Origin: an uncultured Candidatus Peribacteria bacterium
GTDB lineage: Bacteria; Patescibacteriota; Gracilibacteria; RBG-16-42-10
DNA: 64,000 bases
Assembly (NCBI GenBank): GCA_964514565.1
Contig: CAZERA010000002.1
Span: forward strand, 1-64,000
Direction: 5' to 3'
This document shows, piece by piece, positions 9,878-19,834 of this stretch. The position numbers and the translations under genes were made by a program. Position 1 is the stretch's first letter; each line of letters starts with the position of its first letter. The notes under the pieces are model-generated. The model did not search any database. It had not been told where the DNA came from and worked only from the letters and a program-made list of their open reading frames with translations.

Positions 9878-10699
9878 TTACTTCTTCCCGTCAGTCAGAT
9901 AATCCTTAATACCATCAATTGCCCGTAATACCTCCACTGGTAGAGCAAAAATAATGGTATTGCTTTCATCAGATGAGATATCATTGATAGAGTTGAGAGT
10001 ACGGAGATGGAGAGCACCTGGAGTAGCAGCCATCAGTTTAGCCGCATGAGCTAAGTTTTCTGCAGCTAAAACTTCACCTTCTGAACTAATAATAGTAGCC
10101 CGTTTCTCACGCTCTGCTTCAGCTTGTTTAGCCATAGTACGCTTCATGGTCTCAGGCAGATTGATATCTTTGAGCTCTACACTTTGGACGTCTACGCCCC
10201 AAGCTTCACTTTTTTCATCGACAATCTCTTTGATGCGAGAAGAGAGCTGTTCACGTTGTGATAAAAGCTCATCGAGAGTCACTTCACCCACAATATTACG
10301 CATTGTAGTCTGCGCCATTTGAGAAACAGCATTGTAGACATTTTCTACTTCCAAGAGCGCTTTCTCAGCATTGACTACCCGATAGTAGATCACAGCATTG
10401 ATACGAGCTGACACATTGTCTTTGGTAATCGCCTCTTGATCAGGCACATCCACTGCTTTGACACGCATGTCGATTTTGCGCATCCCTTGAATAATAGGCA
10501 AAATCACATGCCAACCTGGATTGAGGGTCTTGGTATAGCGACCAAACATAAACTTGATACCACGTTCATTTTGATCAACTTGACGAATAGATCGCAAAAT
10601 CATAATCACGATGATGGCCAAAACCACCCAAATAAAACTGCCCAAAATATCAACAAAACTAAACCCTGTACTAGAAGTAGAAGTGTAAAGTGGATCCAT
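9878..10699 (-). CDS. SPFH/band 7 (stomatin/slipin) protein
   Basis: N-terminal TM, VPDQEAITKDNV, AQTTMRNIVG, MAKQAEAEREKRA. Confidence 0.93.
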   Translation of the reverse strand: MDPLYTSTSSTGFSFVDILGSFIWVVLAIIVIMILRSIRQVDQNERGIKFMFGRYTKTLNPGWHVILPIIQGMRKIDMRVKAVDVPDQEAITKDNVSARINAVIYYRVVNAEKALLEVENVYNAVSQMAQTTMRNIVGEVTLDELLSQREQLSSRIKEIVDEKSEAWGVDVQSVELKDINLPETMKRTMAKQAEAEREKRATIISSEGEVLAAENLAHAAKLMAATPGALHLRTLNSINDISSDESNTIIFALPVEVLRAIDGIKDYLTDGKK

Positions 10700-10740
10700 A
10701 GGACAATAAATAATATCACACTAGTGATAACATAAACTGC

Positions 10741-10796
10741 GGTCAGAGAGCAAAGGCTCGTCCCGCAGACGCGGGATCAGAGGGCAGAGGTTTTTT
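10741..10796 (+). repeat. Heptamer array family D (GTCAGAG/GGCAGAG) interrupted by REP-like palindrome
   Basis: GGTCAGAGAGCAAAGG-CTCG-TCCCGCAGACGCGGGA-TCAGAGGGCAGAGGTTTTTT. Confidence 0.75.
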
Positions 10797-10851
10797 GGAA
10801 ATGCGGATTTGAGGCTTACGTGGTAAAATTAGTTTGATTTGATTTTAAATT

Positions 10852-11205
10852 ATGCGATTGCGTGCCATGGGTATAGTTCTTAGTTTGTTGGTATTGGCTG
10901 GATGTGGCACTGGAGTGCTAAATAAAGCGCCCAAGCAGCTCACCTTAGTGATTGCTGATGCTGCTATTCAACCCACTTTGGTTTTGAGTGATAGTGAACA
11001 GCTAGATGTAGTAGTCAAAAACACTACCAACTCAGCTCAGGTGGTCAAGATTCAAGGGCTCAAGATCAACTTTGTCACGCAACCGGTAATTGCCCAAAGT
11101 AGCCAAAGTTTTCATTTTCAGATTGAGCAAAATAAAGGTTCAATGGTGATTACTAGTACGGATGATCAAAATCACTCCAAAAGTATCAATGTAAATATCG
11201 AATAA
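10852..11205 (+). CDS. Putative lipoprotein, beta-rich (possibly cupredoxin-like fold)
   Basis: Lipobox LVLAGC; beta-strand pattern. Confidence 0.65.
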   Translation: MRLRAMGIVLSLLVLAGCGTGVLNKAPKQLTLVIADAAIQPTLVLSDSEQLDVVVKNTTNSAQVVKIQGLKINFVTQPVIAQSSQSFHFQIEQNKGSMVITSTDDQNHSKSINVNIE

Positions 11206-11206
11206 T

Positions 11207-11452
11207 ATGCAAATATTCTTAGGATTGCTTGGTGTTGCTTTGGGTATTGTCTACCTCAAATACAACTACAAGATCACCAATATCGTAGGCAAGTTTCCTT
11301 GGGCTGAAAACTATATTGGAAGTGGTAGTACATACCTAGTCCATAAAATCATTGCTCTAGCACTGATCGTGATCTCCATTATGTGGATGACAGGATCCCT
11401 GCAATTGTTTCTCCAACACAACGTTAGCAATTATTTCAGCAGCGGTCGCTAG
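11207..11452 (+). CDS. Small 2-TM membrane protein
   Basis: 81 aa, two hydrophobic helices flanking GKFPWAENYIGSGSTY; abuts previous gene. Confidence 0.7.
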   Translation: MQIFLGLLGVALGIVYLKYNYKITNIVGKFPWAENYIGSGSTYLVHKIIALALIVISIMWMTGSLQLFLQHNVSNYFSSGR

Positions 11453-11461
11453 GACACTTGC

Positions 11462-12115
11462 TTACTTCTTGCCATACCGCCAACCAAATATTCCAAGCAC
11501 AATAATCAAGACCAGACCGCTAATAGCATATGAAAGCTGCTCAACTCCAGCTCCCAGGAGTACATAAGCAATAATACCGGGGATGATTCCCACGAAAGTA
11601 CCTAGGAAATAATCTTTCCAACTCACAGCCGAAATACCTAAAGCGAAGTTGAGAATATCAAAGTGAAAAACAGGAATTAACCTGAGGAATATCACAGTGA
11701 TAATCCCCTTTTTTTGTAAATGTTCATTGTATTTGGCCAAGATTGGTCTTTTGTGAATACCTAGAAAGTCGCGCGCTACATAACGAATAAAAACAAATTC
11801 CAACATCGCACTGCCCAAATCAGCCACATACATGATCACACCGCCCCGAAACAGACCGAAAGTCAGACCAGCAATAGTAAGGAATACCCATGAAGGAATA
11901 AACAAAAAACCTCTTACCCAAGAAAGAATAATAAATACTACTACCGCCTTTGGCCCCGCATGACGAATAAGCTCTCGACAATAAACATACAGCTCAGGAA
12001 TCGACCGACCAGTATGCAGTATCCATAGCAAACAGGCTAGTAAAGCCACAAACCAAACACCCAACAACAAAACCTGGAGCCAAGAAAATGTCTTCTTCAT
12101 ACAAAAAAATGACAT
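11462..12115 (-). CDS. TVP38/TMEM64 (VTT/DedA-like) membrane protein
   Basis: AGLTFG, FLRLIPVFHFDILNFALG, YFLGTFVGIIPG. Confidence 0.9.
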   Translation of the reverse strand: MSFFCMKKTFSWLQVLLLGVWFVALLACLLWILHTGRSIPELYVYCRELIRHAGPKAVVVFIILSWVRGFLFIPSWVFLTIAGLTFGLFRGGVIMYVADLGSAMLEFVFIRYVARDFLGIHKRPILAKYNEHLQKKGIITVIFLRLIPVFHFDILNFALGISAVSWKDYFLGTFVGIIPGIIAYVLLGAGVEQLSYAISGLVLIIVLGIFGWRYGKK

Positions 12116-12241
12116 CGCTACTATAGAGTGGAATCTATTTCTACGCTATCTATCAGAATGATATCCTAGTAGATCGTTGGCTTCTTTGCTCTCTGATCTG
12201 ATCGTATGTTATTTTGGTACTGTTTTCCCCCAAACCTTTTT

Positions 12242-13090
12242 ATGGAAGCAGTCAAAGTTGATAGTACAGAACTAGCAAGGATTGCTTACAAGTTGCGCAT
12301 CGCAGTAATTGAGATGTTGATCCAATCACAATCAGGCCACACAGCTGGACCGCTCGGTATGGCTGAGGTTCTTAGCGTGCTTTATAGTAGTGGACTCATA
12401 AACATCTCCCCTGCCAACATAGCTAAACCAGATCGCGACAGAATCATCCTTTCCAATGGCCACATTGCTCCCATTCGTTATGCAGCCATGGCCGAAGCAG
12501 GGTTCTTCTCCAGAGATTTGCTCAGTACATTTAGAAAACTACATTCACCATTACAGGGACATCCTAGTATGGTCGATTTCCCCATGGTGGAAACATCTTC
12601 TGGACCACTTGGTCAGGGCATCTCTCAAGCAGTAGGAATGGCAATTATACTCAAAAAAGAGCAACCCAATACAAATATTTATTGTTTAATTAGTGATGGT
12701 GAATGCCAAGAAGGACAAACGTGGGAAGCAATGATGATGGCTAGTAGTTATCATCTCACCAATCTCACCATCATCATTGATCGCAATCGAATCCAAATTG
12801 ATGGCCCCACAGACACTATTGTGCCAGGCCTAGAACCATTACCAGCAAAACTACAGGTATTTGGTTTCAATACATTGAGCATTGATGGAAATAATATTAG
12901 TGATATTAAAGAAGGAATAAAACAAAGCAAACAGGTAAAAGACAAACCACTAGCGATCATTGCCAATACCGTACCTGGTAAAGGGGTAAGTTTTATGGAA
13001 CACAATTATCAATGGCATGGTAAAGCGCCCACGGCAGCAGAAGGTAAGCTAGCCATCGCTGAGTTAACTACCGCTCTCCACCAACTATGA
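12242..13090 (+). CDS. Transketolase, N-terminal (TPP-binding) subunit
   Basis: SGHTAG, RDRIILSNGH, LQGHP, SSGPLGQG, SDGECQEGQTWEA, WHGKAP. Confidence 0.95.
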   Translation: MEAVKVDSTELARIAYKLRIAVIEMLIQSQSGHTAGPLGMAEVLSVLYSSGLINISPANIAKPDRDRIILSNGHIAPIRYAAMAEAGFFSRDLLSTFRKLHSPLQGHPSMVDFPMVETSSGPLGQGISQAVGMAIILKKEQPNTNIYCLISDGECQEGQTWEAMMMASSYHLTNLTIIIDRNRIQIDGPTDTIVPGLEPLPAKLQVFGFNTLSIDGNNISDIKEGIKQSKQVKDKPLAIIANTVPGKGVSFMEHNYQWHGKAPTAAEGKLAIAELTTALHQL

Positions 13091-14031
13091 ACAAACCACT
13101 AAGCATTCGCGATGGATTCGGACTAGGGATGTTGGATGTAGGCCATGATACTCGCATCTATGCCCTTTGTGCTGATCTTACTGAATCACTGAGACTTAAT
13201 ACATTCAAACAAAAATATCCCGAGCGCTTTTTAGAAATGGGAGTAGCCGAACAAAATATGATTGGTGTAGCAGCAGGAATGGCCTTGGTAGGTAAAATTC
13301 CCTTCGCTGCCAGCTTCGCTTGTTTTTCACCAGGCCGAACATTTGATCAAATCCGCGTCAGTGTTTGCTATCAAAAAGCTAATGTAAAAATCATTGGTGG
13401 CCATGCTGGTATCAGCGTCGGTGAGGATGGTGCAACACACCAAATGTTGGAGGACATCGCCATGATGCGGGTATTACCGGATATGACGGTATTAGTACCA
13501 GCAGATGCAGCTCAGGCTCAAGCAATGGTGAAGACCATAGTAGAGCACAATGGCCCAGTCTACATGAGATTATCACGCACAGACAGTGATACGCAGCATG
13601 CCCAGCCATTCACGATTGGAAAAGCTGATGTCCTCAGATCAGGTAAAGACATTACCGTAGTAGCCTGTGGCATCATGGTAAAGCAAGCCTTATTGGCAGC
13701 AGAAACTTTGGCTAAAGAAAATATTGAGCTGGAAGTAATTAACGCTGCCAGCATTAAACCTTTTGATCAAGCAACATTGTTACAATCGGTGAATAAAACC
13801 AAACTAGTGGTATCAATGGAAGAACATCAAGTTAATGGTGGTCTAGGCAGTACTGTAGCTGAAATCTTAGTAAAGAACCTACCAGTACCCCAATGTATGA
13901 TTGGGATTGAAGATCAATTTGGCCAGTCTGGCACTGTTGACGAATTAATGGCTCATTATAAGTTAGATGTACCAAATATTTTGCTTAGAATTAGAGAATT
14001 CCACCTAGCACAAAAGAATTTTAAAGTTTAA
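13087..14031 (+). CDS. Transketolase, C-terminal subunit
   Basis: GVAEQNMIGVAAGMA, GEDGATHQMLED, EEHQVNGGLGS; ATGA overlap with upstream gene. Confidence 0.95.
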   Translation: MNKPLSIRDGFGLGMLDVGHDTRIYALCADLTESLRLNTFKQKYPERFLEMGVAEQNMIGVAAGMALVGKIPFAASFACFSPGRTFDQIRVSVCYQKANVKIIGGHAGISVGEDGATHQMLEDIAMMRVLPDMTVLVPADAAQAQAMVKTIVEHNGPVYMRLSRTDSDTQHAQPFTIGKADVLRSGKDITVVACGIMVKQALLAAETLAKENIELEVINAASIKPFDQATLLQSVNKTKLVVSMEEHQVNGGLGSTVAEILVKNLPVPQCMIGIEDQFGQSGTVDELMAHYKLDVPNILLRIREFHLAQKNFKV

Positions 14032-14054
14032 ATTCTAAAATCTAAATTTTAAAT
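14020..14054 (+). repeat. Heptamer array family E (TTTAAAT/TCTAAAT)
   Basis: TTTAAAG TTTAAAT TCTAAAA TCTAAAT TTTAAAT, spanning the transketolase stop codon. Confidence 0.6.
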
Positions 14055-14057
14055 TGA

Positions 14058-14096
14058 AAAGAACGCCTCCCCTTATTCAGGGGTACGGCGTTCTTT
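14058..14096. terminator. Hairpin between convergent genes, probable bidirectional terminator
   Basis: AAAGAACGCC ... GGCGTTCTTT outer stem with inner CCCC/GGGG stem. Confidence 0.7.
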
Positions 14097-14118
14097 AGGA
14101 ACATTAGCTTCTGTAGAA

Positions 14119-17100
14119 TTATGAACGGCGTTTGCGTGCAATCCAACCAGCGATACTCATCACCATACCCGTACCGAGGAAAGGAAGAGTTTCACTACCA
14201 GTTTTTGGTAATTGAATTGGAGGCAAAGGTAATGATGGGAACAATGGCACTACTGGAGCTGGAGGTGGTGGCAATGGCAAAGGATTAACTATTGCTGAAG
14301 TTACTGTCCTTTGTTCACGACAATCACGATCAGTCGGAGCATCATCAAAGGCATCAGTAAAGTCTACCAAGATTGTTTGATCATCAGAACCAAGCACAGA
14401 TGCCCCATTGAGTACTTCAGCAGTATTGGTCACAAACCCACCCAAGTGGAGCAAACAAACAGCATCAATATCTACACCAGGAGTAGGACCACTAACCGTA
14501 CTAGACATATCTTTGATACGAATGTAGCGAGCCCAAGTCATATTGGCATCTTCAATATCGAAACAATTGCTATTCTTGGTAATACGACCTACGCGCTCGA
14601 AGTCTGAGCTGCGAGTAGTCTGAGAGACCTCTACTGTATATTGTTCAGTAGCACTATCATCCAGAGCGGATGGATCTACCTCAAGTACACAGAAGTCATC
14701 TCCGTCACCATCGACTACCAACTTCTCAGCAGTTTGGCTTCTAGCTACAGCGAATGTTACCTGACCACGTTGACCAAGAGAAACAAAGTTTTGATCAGGA
14801 GCAGATAAAGCATCATCAGCATCGCTATGCTCAGAATCAGACTCTACGCTAGCACTGCGGACTTTAGCAGGATAGAAATCATCATCAGTACGATCCGCGT
14901 TGCGGTGGAGACGATAGTTATTCAAAGGGAAGCGACTATCATCCACTAGCTTTGTATCATATGATACTGATTGTGAACTTTGTCGAGCAATAGCAATATT
15001 GTCTACAAGCAATTCACCAGCACTTAATCTTGTACTATTAACTGTACCAGCAGTAGCATTTACATTACTCAAGTTGCTTTCAGCAGTAGGGATCACATCT
15101 CTAATGCTCAAACCAGAAGCTTGGATGTTGCCAGTGTTGTTTAAAGTAACACGGTAGCGGACAGTGTCGCCAGGAGTAAAGATAGTATCTTCATTGGCAT
15201 TGAGAGCTGTCTTGTCGAGAGTAATAATACTATTACCAGAAACGGCAGGGACAGTGATATCTACACTACTTTGATCGCTAGCTACTTGGCTACCCGCTGC
15301 GACTACTGCTGTATTGTGACAATTAGTAGCGGCAGTAAGTAATGGATTGATGGTAGCAGTGAAACGAACAGCTTGAGAAAGACCAGGATTCAAACTCGGA
15401 ATAGTCCAAGTGATAGCATTGGTTGTAGTATTGATTACACCACTATCCAGAGCAGTCACTTGATTGATACCAGTGATACAAGCAGGCAAAAGGTTGTTGC
15501 TGAGTGCTGTATTATCCAAATCATCTGTAACTGTTACATTGGTCAATGTAGTAGCACCAGGATTGCTGACATTCAAAGTGTAGGTCACTACAGAGCCAGG
15601 AGCAGGACTAGCAGGACTTGCAGTCTTGACGATGTCCAGTCCAGCTGCACCAGCAAGGAAACAAGCATTGTCTGTAGCAGTCAAATTAGTAATTCCAGTG
15701 GTAGCAGTAGCACTATTACAGTAAGTAGTAGTGGTAGTTATATTTGGTACACTACGGCCAGTGAGGCGGATATGGAGCATTTGATTAGCAAGAAGCTGAG
15801 TAGGTACACCAGTGATAGCACCAGTACTTGGAGTGACAGCACATGTACCGACGTATGGACCACTATGGTTGATCAAAGCACCTGCAGCAGGAGTGAAGTA
15901 ACTACATGTCCATGGTGAACCAGTAGTACTAGCCAATCCTGTTGGGAAAGTATCAACAACAGATAAACCATTCAAAGTAGCATTGGAAGAAGTATTTCCG
16001 ACATCGATGTAATAGGTCAAACTAGTAGCAGGTAACACACCTGGTGCACCAGTCACAATATCGAAACTACTTTCAGTACCATTGAGTACTACTGATTTGT
16101 AGATTGCTAATCCTGGATCAATTACGCGGAGACATGCGTCATCCTGTGCAGTCACACCACCACTGATGGTAGTAAGACGGTTACAGATAGCAGCGCTATT
16201 GAGAGCCTGAGTAGCATTGATACTATAACCAGTCACTAAGATGTGTAGGTATTGGTTGGTAGGAACAGTGAAGTCTTGAATACCAGTAGCACTACTGCTA
16301 TCGAATCGTCCACTTGCTAAATCATGTGAACAACCAGCGATAGGAGTATCCCCTGCCAGGCTATTGTCATTGGGATTGGTATTGATCCAACAAGTCACTG
16401 TACGAGTACCTTGTACTAATGTACTAGGGAAATTATCAGTTAGAGAACCAGTCACAGATTGGCCAGAGAGATTAGAAACATGGAACAAATAAGACACAGC
16501 ATCCCCACGAGCAGCATCGAGTGGTGTACCACCGACATCAGCAGGAAAGAAATCACTGCCACTAGCTGATACTAACTTTTCAATATTAGTAAAATGGGGT
16601 TGAGTCGCACCAGCACAGTTGCTGATAGTGACAATAGCTTGATGATTGCTTGCATTTGAACCAGTTTCAGCTGGTATACGGTCAAATAAATCACGTAGTG
16701 TAGCACCAGTACCTACTGTATTTACAATAGTACATTGTGCACCTGAGAGATTGTCATGCATATTCACACCCACACTAATCACAAGCGTATCACCGGTCAC
16801 ATGTAATGCACCGAAATCAGTACCACCTAAGATATTACTACCTGAACCAGCACAAGGACGTGAACCACCACCTGTAATAACATATGTACAGCTAGCTAAA
16901 TCCACATTAGCTGGCAACACATCAGTCAAAGAACCAGTACCAAATAAAATCGACGCGTCGCTACGATTGGTAGCTGTAATGGTATATACAGTAGAACCAC
17001 TTTGAGTAATAACAGCAGGATTAGCAGTCTTGGTAAGGGAATAACTTGAAGCAGGTTGAATGATAGCATTGGCAGAAAACTCTGAAGTAGAACCAGCACA

Positions 17101-19617
17101 ATCAAACCATGAACGGCCATCTGTAGTATCAGCATAGAATGTGGCTGATGAAGGTGGTGTAAGTCCAAGACAGTCATCTGTAGGTAAATTGGCAGGATTC
17201 CATACACCTCCAGTACCAGTAGCAGTATTTGATATTCTTTGAGCATCAAAATCCACACTAGCAGGTGCTACCCCACCCAAAACAGGTGAACAAGCAGAAG
17301 CTGCTGCATCATCCCAACAAAGTGTTTTGGCACCGAAACTAGTAGATGTGGCAGTAACCAATCCACCTGTAAATGGCGCAACACCATAGTCAGCACCACC
17401 AGCAGAAAAAGTGCTGGGATTAATACTCCATGTACCTTGATGATTACCACCAGTAATCACTGGAATATAAGCACTACCCAAGAAACGATAGCCCTGGCCA
17501 TGACCTAAATCATGGAAACGAGCGGCATTATCAGAAGTAGTAGACTCATTCCAGAAATCAGTATCACAATTGCTTAAACTGCTTTGAGGTTGTCCTGTTG
17601 GCAAATAAGCACCTATACCATCGCCACCGTCATGACAGAGTACTTGGAACAATTCCACTACAGTACCTTCAGCACCACTACCAGTGATATTAGTAGGAGT
17701 AGAATTCTCCATATCAATCACCGGCGTATTGATCAAACGGTTGGCACCAGCATCAGGATCAAAACCAGCATCTACTGCAGTAGGATAACTGTCATTCTCA
17801 GTAATATTGGTGTCCACAGCGGTCTGTGTATTTTGTGCAGCTGGTTCCCAATCTGGAATAGTGGATCCACAAACAAAGTTATCAGCATATGTACCTGGGA
17901 ATAAGGTCCCCCAATAAGTATTGGTACTAGTAGATGCACTAAATTCATCCAAATTAGCAGTAGCAAAGTCTTCTAGATCAATACCTATACCATATGAGCC
18001 ACTACCTGATACGATTTCACGACTATTGTCGTTAGTGAAAATACTATTTTGTAAAATACTATTATTAGTACTTTGCACTGGATACATTTCGCTACCTGTA
18101 CCAGTAATTTTATTGGGCAAATTAGTACGTACAGCGTTAGTGTCATCTTGATTTATATGACAAGCAACACTTTGAATATAAATTCCATTACGATTATTAC
18201 TGCCAATTTCATTGTCATATATATGATTGAAATTGGATGGTCCAACTAAACTAGCATTGGTATAAGTACGAGACATTACACCACCAGAAGCAGTAGCGGC
18301 ATCTTGATCAGGGTCGACACAATCAATAGTATCACCTTCTTTCAAATCTATATGGTCATAAAAACGGATACCAATACCATCACAGGCATTAGGAGCAGCA
18401 TTGTAATGACTAGCACCCAGCTGAGTAGGAATATTGATTGACCCACTACTATTGACTGGAAAGGGAAAGGCGCTGAGACCAGCAAAAGTTTGAGTGGTAC
18501 CAAGATAGTTACTAGCGATATCAATACCCCAGGCATTGAGTAAAGTAATACCGTCACCTACAAAATGCGTGTCATCACCAAAACCATTATTTGTTATAAT
18601 ATTATGATCTATAGTTGAAGGTGGCTTCATTAATACTGAGTTCTTCACTGTAATACCCGAATAACGATTACCAGTCACTGGATTAGAATCATTGCCAGTC
18701 AAGTTACCAATCAAATTATTATTGATATGAAACAAAACAGGCATAGCCATACCATTCTCTAGAGTATCGTCATATGTCCCCTGCATACGAATACCATCTA
18801 ATCCATTATTTACAATGACATTCCCTTGGATGTGAGTTAGGCCCACACTTTGATCTGAGGCAAACACACAAATACCATGCCCCTGATTACGTTCAATTAT
18901 GTCAACATTAGTACGTGAGTCAGTACCGATAAAGTTATTCTCTATAGTAACATCATGCGGAGGATCATATGTTAATGTAGGCAAAACCTGGGACGAATCA
19001 CCGATAATTTGAATACCATTACCGGGAGAACCTACAATGGAAAGACCAGCTACACGAGTATTAGGAGAGAAGATATTGATTAAGGATGGAGCAGCGGATG
19101 GTTCATCACAATAAGAAAAAAAATCACTATCAAAGCCGGAGGAAGCAGGATGAACGGTTACTTGTGGATGACCAGAAATGAAAGATCCGTTGATATCCAC
19201 TCCAATTGGTCCCAAAATATCCAGTGATCTTCCCAAGATCACTTCGTTCACAGAACTATCAAATACAATTCTTGAACGTACTGAATCATCAGTAGCGATT
19301 TTATTAGCTAAGGCCAGAGCGTCACGTAAACGACAGGTAAAACCATTAGTGACATTGTTAGTAGTGCCTTCACCTTCTACTACGCAGTTGGTATCAATAC
19401 CAGATGCAGCATCTCCGCTACCCTCAACTACGATATCACCAGCATGTACACCACCTGGGACTGAAGCAAATAAGCTTACCAGATTTTGTGGCACCGGCAT
19501 CAAAACCATGACAACCATAATAGCCGCAGCTGCTGATAAAGCTTTGCTGAGATTCCAGCGGTGACGAACACGATCGGGGATCAAAGTGTTGATCAAAGAG
19601 AATATACGGGGGAACAT
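14119..19617 (-). CDS. Giant cell-surface protein: beta-helix region, DUF11 repeats, C-terminal LPKTG sorting signal
   Basis: 1832 aa; N-terminal signal/TM; GNGIQI/IENNFIG/NNGLDGI beta-helix repeats; LTKTA..PG..V.Y.(I/L)...N DUF11 repeats; Pro-rich stalk, LPKTG, TM, ARKRRS. Confidence 0.88.
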   Translation of the reverse strand: MFPRIFSLINTLIPDRVRHRWNLSKALSAAAAIMVVMVLMPVPQNLVSLFASVPGGVHAGDIVVEGSGDAASGIDTNCVVEGEGTTNNVTNGFTCRLRDALALANKIATDDSVRSRIVFDSSVNEVILGRSLDILGPIGVDINGSFISGHPQVTVHPASSGFDSDFFSYCDEPSAAPSLINIFSPNTRVAGLSIVGSPGNGIQIIGDSSQVLPTLTYDPPHDVTIENNFIGTDSRTNVDIIERNQGHGICVFASDQSVGLTHIQGNVIVNNGLDGIRMQGTYDDTLENGMAMPVLFHINNNLIGNLTGNDSNPVTGNRYSGITVKNSVLMKPPSTIDHNIITNNGFGDDTHFVGDGITLLNAWGIDIASNYLGTTQTFAGLSAFPFPVNSSGSINIPTQLGASHYNAAPNACDGIGIRFYDHIDLKEGDTIDCVDPDQDAATASGGVMSRTYTNASLVGPSNFNHIYDNEIGSNNRNGIYIQSVACHINQDDTNAVRTNLPNKITGTGSEMYPVQSTNNSILQNSIFTNDNSREIVSGSGSYGIGIDLEDFATANLDEFSASTSTNTYWGTLFPGTYADNFVCGSTIPDWEPAAQNTQTAVDTNITENDSYPTAVDAGFDPDAGANRLINTPVIDMENSTPTNITGSGAEGTVVELFQVLCHDGGDGIGAYLPTGQPQSSLSNCDTDFWNESTTSDNAARFHDLGHGQGYRFLGSAYIPVITGGNHQGTWSINPSTFSAGGADYGVAPFTGGLVTATSTSFGAKTLCWDDAAASACSPVLGGVAPASVDFDAQRISNTATGTGGVWNPANLPTDDCLGLTPPSSATFYADTTDGRSWFDCAGSTSEFSANAIIQPASSYSLTKTANPAVITQSGSTVYTITATNRSDASILFGTGSLTDVLPANVDLASCTYVITGGGSRPCAGSGSNILGGTDFGALHVTGDTLVISVGVNMHDNLSGAQCTIVNTVGTGATLRDLFDRIPAETGSNASNHQAIVTISNCAGATQPHFTNIEKLVSASGSDFFPADVGGTPLDAARGDAVSYLFHVSNLSGQSVTGSLTDNFPSTLVQGTRTVTCWINTNPNDNSLAGDTPIAGCSHDLASGRFDSSSATGIQDFTVPTNQYLHILVTGYSINATQALNSAAICNRLTTISGGVTAQDDACLRVIDPGLAIYKSVVLNGTESSFDIVTGAPGVLPATSLTYYIDVGNTSSNATLNGLSVVDTFPTGLASTTGSPWTCSYFTPAAGALINHSGPYVGTCAVTPSTGAITGVPTQLLANQMLHIRLTGRSVPNITTTTTYCNSATATTGITNLTATDNACFLAGAAGLDIVKTASPASPAPGSVVTYTLNVSNPGATTLTNVTVTDDLDNTALSNNLLPACITGINQVTALDSGVINTTTNAITWTIPSLNPGLSQAVRFTATINPLLTAATNCHNTAVVAAGSQVASDQSSVDITVPAVSGNSIITLDKTALNANEDTIFTPGDTVRYRVTLNNTGNIQASGLSIRDVIPTAESNLSNVNATAGTVNSTRLSAGELLVDNIAIARQSSQSVSYDTKLVDDSRFPLNNYRLHRNADRTDDDFYPAKVRSASVESDSEHSDADDALSAPDQNFVSLGQRGQVTFAVARSQTAEKLVVDGDGDDFCVLEVDPSALDDSATEQYTVEVSQTTRSSDFERVGRITKNSNCFDIEDANMTWARYIRIKDMSSTVSGPTPGVDIDAVCLLHLGGFVTNTAEVLNGASVLGSDDQTILVDFTDAFDDAPTDRDCREQRTVTSAIVNPLPLPPPPAPVVPLFPSLPLPPIQLPKTGSETLPFLGTGMVMSIAGWIARKRRS

Positions 19618-19701
19618 GGTGATGTGGGGGTTAGTTTTTGTGTTTTCTCACTATTTTAGCACACTTACATAAATACATACAAGTTCTAGGGTAGTTGGGA
19701 G

Positions 19702-19834
19702 GTAAAATGTAAGAGGTAAAAGTTAAAAAGTAGAGCGACTCTGTTGTTCGCTCTACCCTTCAAATCAATCCCTCCGCAAGTGCGGAGACTAAGCCGCTAA
19801 ATTTCTTACCTCTTCCCTTTTACTTCTTACTTCC
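19702..19834. repeat. Heptamer inverted-repeat element, family A
   Basis: Left arm 19702-19729, right arm 19801-19834; interior hairpins GTAGAGCGA/TCGCTCTAC and CTCCGCAAGTGCGGAG. Confidence 0.85.

Noticed and set aside
13087..13090. Alternative genetic code 25 (TGA=Gly)
   Set aside because: TGA ends genes at ATGA overlaps (tkt, znuA), and conserved genes are full length under code 11.
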